Both the position numbers and the translations under genes were made by a program. A stretch of 24,000 nt of DNA, taken from the NCBI GenBank assembly GCA_017885655.1, contig JAFNFQ010000029.1, forward strand, positions 2,061 through 26,060. Reading direction: 5' to 3'. Below, piece by piece: positions 16,252 through 24,000 of this stretch. The notes below the pieces were generated by a model that saw only the letters and a program-made list of their open reading frames with translations, was not told where the DNA came from and searched no databases. The DNA comes from Methanobacteriota archaeon. GTDB taxonomy: Archaea; Thermoplasmatota; Thermoplasmata; RBG-16-68-12; JAFNFQ01. Position 1 is the first letter of the stretch. Every line of letters begins with the position of its first letter.

Positions 16252-16465
16252 TTGAATGGGCCCCTGTATGGGGTGGGATGCGCACCGATGGAGGATTCCT
16301 CGATCCCAACGGCCTCCGATTGGCCCTCGTCGCTTTCGCATAAGGCGATTATCCCATTCGCATGATGCAAGATTCTTCCGACCAGCGTCCGGATGAAGAT
16401 CATATCCACCACCCACTCCGCTCAATCGACCATCCGGGTCCGTGCATAGCCCTGCGTGTGAAACT

Positions 16466-16475
16466 GCTAAATAGA
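16466..16475 (+). promoter_or_regulatory. archaeal TATA-like box for SBBP gene 1
   Basis: GCTAAATAGA about 26-40 nt upstream of the candidate starts 16498/16510. Confidence 0.45.
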
Positions 16476-16509
16476 GATTCGACAGGTAGACATCCGCTTG
16501 CATCCGCGA

Positions 16510-19500
16510 ATGTCTCGCGCTGGTCAGCCATATGATGCGACTAGGCATGCGCACCCAGGCGGCATCCTGGCCGTGTCGGCATCGGTGGCCTTCATCCTCG
16601 TGTCGAGCCTGACAGCAGTCCCGCTGCTGCAGACCGCCCCCCCTTCGGGCGATGGCGGGAGCAGGGCAATGTCCCAGGAGACGGTCGTGCGGAGCCTTTC
16701 CGGAGACTACGTCATCGAGAACGCCGGTCAAGTCGCGGACGGTGTAAGATTTTATTCGATGGGGAATCCCTCGGCTGGATTCCGCGATGACGGCGTGGTG
16801 TTCGTACTGTCTGACGAGATGAAGGCGCAAGATGGGACGGAGAGTGATCAGGTACTCCAGCACGCCCGCCCAGCCCTTTTCGAAGCGGTGCAACGAACCG
16901 TCTCGGTCGCCTACCTCCTCCGCTTCGAGGGGGAGAACGAGGTCAGGCCGGTCGGCAGAGACCGCCTGCCTTTCGATAGCAACTTCTTCCTTGGAGACGA
17001 TTCGGCCAGGTGGAAGGTTAATGTCCCCAGTTACGAGGAGGTCGTTTACGAGAATCTCTATGATGGCATCGACCTCGTCTACCGCCCGATCGAGCACGGA
17101 GTGAAATACGAGTTCCTCCTGAGTCCCGGGGCGGACCCGCGCTCGATCAGCCTGAGGTATGAGGGAATCGAGTCTCTTGAAGTCAGAGCGGACGGAATAG
17201 CGGTTGCGACAACATCAGGTGAAATCCTGGACTCCGCACCTTACTCGTTCCAAGAAGGCGGGGCTGAAGTCCATTGCGTTTTCTCGTTCCGCAGTCCCAG
17301 CTCCTATGGCTTCGACTGCGCCGGATGGGACGGGACTTCGCTCCTGACCATCGACCCTCTGATCTACTCCACTTTCCTTGGCGGGAGCGGCTGGGACCAA
17401 GGTTACTCCATCAAGGTAGACAGCAATGGAAACGCCTATGTGACCGGACAGACTCGGTCAGCCAATTTCCCCACGACGCCCGGTGCATACGACACCACTC
17501 GCGGCGGAACGGACGACGCCTACGTGACGAAGCTGAGCTCAGACGGGACATCGCTGGTCTATTCCACGTATGTTGGCGGAGGCAGTACTGATGTTGGTCT
17601 CTCCATAGCCCTGGACGCGAATGGCAACGCGTGCATAGCGGGTGAAACCCTGTCCTCTGACTTCCCGACCACTCCTGGCGCCTTCAGCAGGACTTATCAT
17701 GGTAAGTCCGATGGATTCGTCACGAAGCTGAATTCGGATGGAAACGCTCTCCTGTTCTCTACTTACATCGGCGGGGCGGAAAACGACACCTGGCCAACTG
17801 TGGCGGTCGATACCGCGGATAATGTCTATGTTGCAGGCATCACCAAATCAGTGGATTTCCCCGTCACACCAGGAGCGTTCGACGTCTCGTACAACTCTGG
17901 TGGTTCGGACGCGTTCGCTATGAAGCTGAACTCGACAGGCATGGCCCTGATCTATTCCACCTTCCTTGGCGGGAACGATGCGGACTTTGCCTACTCGATT
18001 GCGGTGGACACCGCCATGAACGCGTATGTGACAGGGGGCGCCTGGTCTGTCGACTTCCCGACCACGCCAAGCGCCTTCGATAGATTGCAGAGCGGCTCTT
18101 GCGATGTCTTCGTCACGAAGATTAGCGTCACAGGCGGTTCCCTCGACTATTCCACCTTCCTAGGGGGAGGCGGTTTCGACGTCGGGCTCAGCATCGCGGT
18201 CGATTCCTCGGGGCTGGCCTTCGTGACCGGGTCGATAGACTCGCTGAACTTCCCCGTGACCCCCGGCGCGTACGACTCCTCTTTCAACGGAGGTCTCTAC
18301 GATGCCTTCATCGCGAAGCTGAATTCGGGCGGGAGCTCGCTGCTATACTCGACCTATTTTGGCGGTGGGAACGGTGAGTTCGGGAACGCCATCGCGGTCG
18401 ATTCGGCGGGGAACGCCTACATAACGGGCGGTACCGACTCGAATGACCTCCCAGTCACACCTGGTGCTTTTGATACATCTTACAATGACCTCATGGACGC
18501 ATTCGTCACGGAGATGAACGGGACTGGATCCCTCGCCAACTCCACCTACCTTGGCGGGAGCGGCACAGAAGGATACCTGAACTTCCTGACCGTCGACCCT
18601 ATCGGTGAAATCTACGTGACCGGCATCACGAACTCCACGGATTTCCCGATCACGCCAGGCGCCTTCGACACGACAGTCGATCCCAACAGGGATGGTTATG
18701 TCACGAAACTGGGCCCACTGTTCCCGGATCTCGCGGTCGGTCAGCGGGACATAGCATTCGACCCGCCAGGGCCCGTGATGGTCGGCACAACGGTCACGAT
18801 AAACGCGACCATCGATAACCTTGGGTCATCTGATGCCATCGGTGTCATTGTCAGGTTCCACGATGGTCCGCCGTCCGGCTCGAACCAGATAGGATCCGAC
18901 CAGGTCATAGCGTTTCTCCCGGCTCCGGGCGGCACTGGGCTCGCCTCGGTTGTGTGGATTGCGGACCCGCCCGGGATGCACAATATTTGTGTAGTCGCAG
19001 ACCCTGATAATAGAATAGCCGAAAGCAATGAAGCTAATAATCTGGCCTGCCGCAGATTCCCGGTTCTGACAACTTACACTCTCCCGCTCACCCCTGGCCA
19101 CCGGTTCGTGTCGTTCCCGCTCAAGCCTGTCCCTGATGACGTCGCGTCAGTGCTGAGTTCGCTTTCCGGTTGCTACGACTACATCCGCTGGTATGATGCG
19201 CTCGATCCGAGCGACCATTGGAAGTCCTACGAGCCCGCAAGGGGATACAACGACATAGAGCGACTGGATAACACCATGGGCTTCTGGATGAACGTCACAA
19301 TCGCTTGCGATTTCATTGTGACCGGCTACCCCGAGAGACTCACCATGCTCTCCCTTTACGCCGGCTGGAACATGGTCGGCTATCCGTCTTTCAACACGTC
19401 TTACACCGTGGCGGACCTCAAGGCCGCAATCGGCCTTGCTGGCGTGATCGTCGAGACGTTCGATGCGAGCGCTGCCCCGTACTATCTGCAGAGAGCGCCG

Positions 19501-19578
19501 GACAGATACACGTTTGCGGCGGGAGAGGGCTACTGGATATTCGTGCCATCTGATGTCGACTGGGCAGTCTATGGTTGA
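16510..19578 (+). CDS. secreted SBBP-repeat beta-propeller protein with CARDB-like domain (paralogue 1)
   Basis: Repeats of (L/I)YSTFLGG...D.G.SIAVDS.GNAYVTG.T.S.DFP.TPGAFD...DAFVTKLN. CARDB-like PDLAVGQRDIAFDPPGPVMVGTTVTINATIDNLGSSDA...NRIAESNEANN. Start ATG 16510, or TTG 16498. Confidence 0.9.
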   Translation: MSRAGQPYDATRHAHPGGILAVSASVAFILVSSLTAVPLLQTAPPSGDGGSRAMSQETVVRSLSGDYVIENAGQVADGVRFYSMGNPSAGFRDDGVVFVLSDEMKAQDGTESDQVLQHARPALFEAVQRTVSVAYLLRFEGENEVRPVGRDRLPFDSNFFLGDDSARWKVNVPSYEEVVYENLYDGIDLVYRPIEHGVKYEFLLSPGADPRSISLRYEGIESLEVRADGIAVATTSGEILDSAPYSFQEGGAEVHCVFSFRSPSSYGFDCAGWDGTSLLTIDPLIYSTFLGGSGWDQGYSIKVDSNGNAYVTGQTRSANFPTTPGAYDTTRGGTDDAYVTKLSSDGTSLVYSTYVGGGSTDVGLSIALDANGNACIAGETLSSDFPTTPGAFSRTYHGKSDGFVTKLNSDGNALLFSTYIGGAENDTWPTVAVDTADNVYVAGITKSVDFPVTPGAFDVSYNSGGSDAFAMKLNSTGMALIYSTFLGGNDADFAYSIAVDTAMNAYVTGGAWSVDFPTTPSAFDRLQSGSCDVFVTKISVTGGSLDYSTFLGGGGFDVGLSIAVDSSGLAFVTGSIDSLNFPVTPGAYDSSFNGGLYDAFIAKLNSGGSSLLYSTYFGGGNGEFGNAIAVDSAGNAYITGGTDSNDLPVTPGAFDTSYNDLMDAFVTEMNGTGSLANSTYLGGSGTEGYLNFLTVDPIGEIYVTGITNSTDFPITPGAFDTTVDPNRDGYVTKLGPLFPDLAVGQRDIAFDPPGPVMVGTTVTINATIDNLGSSDAIGVIVRFHDGPPSGSNQIGSDQVIAFLPAPGGTGLASVVWIADPPGMHNICVVADPDNRIAESNEANNLACRRFPVLTTYTLPLTPGHRFVSFPLKPVPDDVASVLSSLSGCYDYIRWYDALDPSDHWKSYEPARGYNDIERLDNTMGFWMNVTIACDFIVTGYPERLTMLSLYAGWNMVGYPSFNTSYTVADLKAAIGLAGVIVETFDASAAPYYLQRAPDRYTFAAGEGYWIFVPSDVDWAVYG

Positions 19579-19606
19579 GGCGCAGGGCGACTCGGGTCTT
19601 TCCTGC

Positions 19607-20677
19607 TCAAGCATGTTTCCTGTTGAGTCTCACGCTGAGGAGCGCGACCACGACGATTGCCGCCACCGCAATCATCAGGCCGATCCAGAGACCTGACCAA
19701 TCGGCCGTCTCGCCTCCCCCCAGGCTGAACTTGACTATCTCGTCCAGTGGAAGGATCACGTTGCTCAGCCCTCCGAAGATATAGGCTGCGTTCCCGTCCC
19801 AGATGGCGGTCGTCATCTCGCGGGGTCCGGGGAGTTTCTCTGCGAGCAGCTTGACCTCGCCGGTGGCGGGAGTGAACCGCACGATGTCCGCGATTGCGGT
19901 GGCGCCGTTGTTGCCACCGAAGATGTACGCGTTCTCCCCGTCCCAGACCGCCGAGGTGTGGAACCTTGGGCTTGGCAGAGTTGCATCCACTTGGGTCATC
20001 GTGTCCGTTTGCGGATCATACTTCAGAATTTGATTCGATGCCCCGGCGTTGGTCTTGCCCCCGAAGATGAAAATGTCAGTCCCCGTCCACACTGCAGAAG
20101 TGCCGCCCGAGCCCACGGGCATCCTCGCGGACATCAGAGAGAACGCGTCAGTCGTCGTGTTGTATTTGAACACCCTCGCCTCGATTGCCGTCCCGTTGTG
20201 CCCGCCGAATATGTATGCGTCATGCCCATCCCATACCGCCGCCGCACCGATGCGCGTGGTCGGAAGTCTGGCATTCATCAATGTCGTGACGTGGTTGACC
20301 GGATCGTAGCGGAAGATCCGGGATTGCCTGGAGCTGCTGTTCTCTCCCGCGAATATGTAGACATCATGTTCGTCCCAGACGGCGGGAGATGTCATCGTTG
20401 CATCTGGGAGGACTCCTCTGAAACTCGCGTCATTCGCCGACGTGTTGTAGGCGACGATATCGGCGAAAACGTCGATGTCATTGGTGCCGCCGAATACGAG
20501 TGCCTCGGTATCGTCCCAAACTGCTGATGCGCGGCAGAGCGCTTGGGGCAAACGCGCTGCCACCTCGACGGAGATTCCCGGGGCAGCTTCAGTACTTGGG
20601 GCAAGAACCGCCGCGGAGACGATGACTCCGAGGACGAGCAGACAGACCCCACTTTTGCGGATCGGATTGTCTCTCAC
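19607..20677 (-). CDS. Kelch-type beta-propeller protein with signal peptide and C-terminal TM anchor
   Basis: Repeats such as TSAVWDGENAYIFGGNNGAT, TSAVWTGTDIFIFGGKTNAG. C-terminal WIGLMIAVAAIVVVALLSVRLNRKHA; signal peptide after GTG start. Confidence 0.88.
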   Translation of the reverse strand: MRDNPIRKSGVCLLVLGVIVSAAVLAPSTEAAPGISVEVAARLPQALCRASAVWDDTEALVFGGTNDIDVFADIVAYNTSANDASFRGVLPDATMTSPAVWDEHDVYIFAGENSSSRQSRIFRYDPVNHVTTLMNARLPTTRIGAAAVWDGHDAYIFGGHNGTAIEARVFKYNTTTDAFSLMSARMPVGSGGTSAVWTGTDIFIFGGKTNAGASNQILKYDPQTDTMTQVDATLPSPRFHTSAVWDGENAYIFGGNNGATAIADIVRFTPATGEVKLLAEKLPGPREMTTAIWDGNAAYIFGGLSNVILPLDEIVKFSLGGGETADWSGLWIGLMIAVAAIVVVALLSVRLNRKHA

Positions 20678-20817
20678 GAGGTCCAGAGATACGACGCGAT
20701 TAATCCCTTTTTCGGATTATTGACGCACACACTGAATATTGCCATCTTGGCGCGAGCCGCCCTCCAGCCCCGGAAAGAATCATATAGTTGCGTTCGGCTG
20801 TGCCACCGGGAAGTAAT

Positions 20818-23800
20818 ATGTACTGGGCATGGGTTGCTTGTAGGGGCAGGCGAAAGCGGAACACACAGACAATCCGGTTGTTCTCATTCGTTTTCGCGTT
20901 CTTTCTGATTCCAGTTTTTCCGTCTCTCTTCGTGCCCTCAACGCGAGATTCTATTGTTTCAGTATCTCCACAATCGACGGACTCTACCGAGCAGAACGTT
21001 TTGGACGCTTTCGAGGATTTGCATGGTTACTTCATCGAGAACAGAGGCCAGGTAATTGACGGAGTCCGCTACTATTCAAGGGGCAATCCCGCCGTTGCAT
21101 TTAGGGATGACGGGGTGATGTTCGCTATCAGACGCGTGGAAGAGAAGGCAACGCGGGAAGATGTGAACTGGCGTGATTCTGCCACCAGATTCTCCTTGTC
21201 CGCCAAGGACCAGGTCACGGTGAAATCCTTCGCCTATCTCCTCCGTTTCCAAGACGCGCATGAGACTAGACCTGTCGGCGTTGATCGACTATCTTCCAGC
21301 AGCAACTTCTTCATTGGTGACGATCCGGCGAGATGGAGGACGAAGGTCGCGAACTACGGAGGGATAGCTTACCCTGATCTTTACGACGGCGTAGACCTCG
21401 TGTTCAGACCGGGAATCAACGGTGTGAAGTATGAATTCGTGGTCAGCCCGGGGACCGATCCAGGAATCATTGAGATGAGATATGAAGGAATAGAATCAAT
21501 GAAGCTGGAATCGTCCGGAATTGTCGTTCATACGATGCTGGGGGAATTGCGTGACTCGCCACCGTATTCCTATCAGGAAGGAGAGGAGGTCAGGTGTGAG
21601 TTCGCAATGCGAGGTCCTGTCTCCGTTGGCTTCGACTGCTCGAGAAGGGACCCGGCCAAGACTCTGACGATTGATCCGTTGGTTTATTCAACTTATCTCG
21701 GTGGCAGCGATATGGACGGCGCGTTTGGCATCGCTTTGGACTCCGTGGGCAATGCATATGTGACTGGCTACTCCATGTCACTCGATTTCCCCGTCACTCC
21801 GGGGGCATTCGATATCAGCTGCGCCGCAAACGGGGATGTGTTCGTCGCGAAGCTGAATCCCGACGGAAAGAGCCTCGTCTATTCGACTTTCTTGGGTGGC
21901 AGCGATGTGGACCGTGGCAAATCCATCACGGTGAGTACCCTCGGATCCGCATACGTGACCGGCTACACGAAATCGTCTGACTTCCCATTAACGGTCAACG
22001 CATTCGACAGCACTCAAGATAGCTTCGACGCCTTCGTGACTGTGCTAAATCCCACCGGCAGCACGCTGTCCTATTCCACCTTCCTCGGCGGCACGATTGA
22101 TGACTATGCGAACTCGATTGCTGTGGACCCCGGTGGCTGGGCATACGTGGCGGGAGAAACCTACTGCTCTGACTTCCCTGTCACTCCAGGCGCTTACGAT
22201 ACTGTCTTCAACAGTACGGGATTCGGAGAAGACGCCTTTGTTACCAAGCTCGATGTCGTCGGCGGGGGGCTCGTCTACTCGACTTTTCTTGGCGGTGAGA
22301 CAGATGATTGGGGCATTGCGATTTCTGTGGACGTCAGTGGCAACACATATGTGACCGGCATGACCACATCGATTGATTTTCCGACCACACTTGGCGCGTT
22401 TGATGATTCCTTTAACGGCGTCAGTGACGCTTTCGTGACCAAGTTGAACGACACCGGCAAAGGGCTTCTCTATTCCCTATTTCTTGGAGGTTCTCGCGAA
22501 GATCAGGGTAATGCCATCGCGCTTGACTCCGAAGGAAACGTCTACGTTGGCGGCAGAACCGAATCGTTCGACTTCCCCGTCACTATCGGTGCTCACGATA
22601 CGGAGGTCAATGATACCGACGGCTTCGTCGCGAAAATCAATCAGACTGGCAGCACTCTTGATTATTCCACGTTTCTGGGCGGGAGTGGCAGCGACTGGAT
22701 CCAATCCGTCGCTGTGGATTCCCGCGGAAGAGTCCACGCGACCGGTGATACCGCATCGGTCGACTTCCCAGTGACCTCCAGCGCCATCGATATCGTTCTG
22801 AATGGCACGGACGCCTTCGTGTCAGAGCTCAATCCTGTAGGTTCAGCCCTCACGTTCTCCACATATCTCGGTGGCAACTCCTCCGACTCCGGAAACATGA
22901 TTGCAGTCAATTCCTCAGGCAACGCGTACGCCACCGGGAGCACGTCATCAGCCGACTTCCCAACCACTCCGGGTGCGTTTGATCGCATTTTGAACGGGAA
23001 CGACGGCTACGTCGTCATGTTCACAATCGCCCCCAACAACCGACCGATGCCTCCAGACCCGCTGTGCATCCAAGGGATATGCTCCAACAACGTGGACGCG
23101 AGGATGTATCACATCACGCAACTCACCAACTTCCCGCTTTCTTGGACTCACTTAGACCCTGACCTGGATGCACAGACAGCGGCTGAAGCTGCCATCTCAA
23201 AGGCCCCCAACAGGGGTTCCCTCATCTGGATAAATGTCCTCTCAGGGACAGCCTCTCAGATGACCTATGCCGGTCTCCCCTTGGAACGCTGCACCGATTA
23301 CTGGTATTCGGTGAGGACCAAGGACGTGCCCCAATGGGGGGCCGTCGCTGAAGTGAAGTTCCATACGAACTGCTTGCCCGCCCCAGTCAACCGGCTGTGG
23401 CCGGCGAACGGCTGGACCACGTTGCCAAGGAGTGACCAGAAGGTCTTCTGGTCGTTCATGACGGACAACGACCCGGGTGACTCATTGAACTACACATGGA
23501 AGGTCGACGATCAGATTGGATTCCCAAGCCCGGTTACCAACACCACCCAGAACAACTACTCGGATCCATTCCAGACAGTCCCGTCGATGACATACTTCTG
23601 GTGCGTCGAGGAATCCGATGGCTGGGACTCGGCTATAAGCAACTGCGCCAATCCGTGGATGTTCCTGACCGGGGTGCCGCCCAGGCCGCCGACCGTCACG
23701 GAGCTAAAGGTCGACAACCACGCGGCGGGCGACGCATACCTGCAGCGCGTCACGAACCGTGTCCCTGTATTCACGTGGAAGTTCAATCCGATGGGCAGGT

Positions 23801-24000
23801 CGCAAACGGCCTTCCACATACAGGTCCGGCAGCAGTCGGGTGATACTTTGAAGTGGGAGTTAAACAACACGGGAGTTGGCGGCGACGTTTCAACGGCCAC
23901 TTACAACTCGGACAGCAGTGGCACAGCTCTCACCAACGGCGCCTGCTATTACTTCCAGGTCAAGGTTCGCGACAGCCTCACGCCGCAGCTCTGGAGCGTC
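20818..24000 (+). CDS. secreted SBBP-repeat beta-propeller protein (paralogue 2), 3' truncated by window edge
   Basis: Frame 1 is open from ATG ~20818 (alternative TTG ~20878 giving signal LFSFVFAFFLIPVFPSL) to the window end. IENRGQVIDGVRYYSRGNPAVAFRDDGVMFAI and SBBP repeats match paralogue 1; the C-terminal part turns into FN3/Ig-like segments. TATA-like CATATAG near 20781. Confidence 0.88.
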   Translation, partial: MYWAWVACRGRRKRNTQTIRLFSFVFAFFLIPVFPSLFVPSTRDSIVSVSPQSTDSTEQNVLDAFEDLHGYFIENRGQVIDGVRYYSRGNPAVAFRDDGVMFAIRRVEEKATREDVNWRDSATRFSLSAKDQVTVKSFAYLLRFQDAHETRPVGVDRLSSSSNFFIGDDPARWRTKVANYGGIAYPDLYDGVDLVFRPGINGVKYEFVVSPGTDPGIIEMRYEGIESMKLESSGIVVHTMLGELRDSPPYSYQEGEEVRCEFAMRGPVSVGFDCSRRDPAKTLTIDPLVYSTYLGGSDMDGAFGIALDSVGNAYVTGYSMSLDFPVTPGAFDISCAANGDVFVAKLNPDGKSLVYSTFLGGSDVDRGKSITVSTLGSAYVTGYTKSSDFPLTVNAFDSTQDSFDAFVTVLNPTGSTLSYSTFLGGTIDDYANSIAVDPGGWAYVAGETYCSDFPVTPGAYDTVFNSTGFGEDAFVTKLDVVGGGLVYSTFLGGETDDWGIAISVDVSGNTYVTGMTTSIDFPTTLGAFDDSFNGVSDAFVTKLNDTGKGLLYSLFLGGSREDQGNAIALDSEGNVYVGGRTESFDFPVTIGAHDTEVNDTDGFVAKINQTGSTLDYSTFLGGSGSDWIQSVAVDSRGRVHATGDTASVDFPVTSSAIDIVLNGTDAFVSELNPVGSALTFSTYLGGNSSDSGNMIAVNSSGNAYATGSTSSADFPTTPGAFDRILNGNDGYVVMFTIAPNNRPMPPDPLCIQGICSNNVDARMYHITQLTNFPLSWTHLDPDLDAQTAAEAAISKAPNRGSLIWINVLSGTASQMTYAGLPLERCTDYWYSVRTKDVPQWGAVAEVKFHTNCLPAPVNRLWPANGWTTLPRSDQKVFWSFMTDNDPGDSLNYTWKVDDQIGFPSPVTNTTQNNYSDPFQTVPSMTYFWCVEESDGWDSAISNCANPWMFLTGVPPRPPTVTELKVDNHAAGDAYLQRVTNRVPVFTWKFNPMGRSQTAFHIQVRQQSGDTLKWELNNTGVGGDVSTATYNSDSSGTALTNGACYYFQVKVRDSLTPQLWSV

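Noticed and set aside
15563-16255. 230-aa plus ORF with VWTExx repeats (also 15493-16365 plus and 15600-16412 minus)
   Set aside because: Long openness in several frames on both strands is what a GC-rich repeat with period divisible by 3 produces. No independent coding evidence, so treated as an array.

Overview
Archaeal-looking chromosomal window: AT-rich TATA-type promoters, short or leaderless 5' ends, MgtA-type ATPase, Ras-like GTPase, and SBBP/PKD/Kelch surface proteins. The standout is a compact, translationally coupled four-gene operon at 9149-11572 (+). It encodes an 81-aa ubiquitin-fold modifier that already ends in ...IVG, an E2-like protein most similar in layout to UFC1, an E1-like protein most similar to UBA5, and a JAMM/MPN+ metalloprotease. 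A convergent Zn-ribbon protein overlaps its 3' end. Read together this looks like a minimal archaeal UFM1-type (ufmylation-like) conjugation system. Other items: a tRNA-Thr followed by a decapitated trypsin-like protease remnant; an ACT-domain protein; an AlkD-like protein; a Ras-like GTPase next to a PD-(D/E)XK-like small protein; a wHTH-STAND-TPR ATPase; a pair of dispersed ~92-bp elements; two 21-bp-period tandem arrays flanking a PKD-repeat protein gene; and two SBBP beta-propeller paralogues around a membrane-anchored Kelch protein. All homology calls are from motif recognition by eye. No database search was run.
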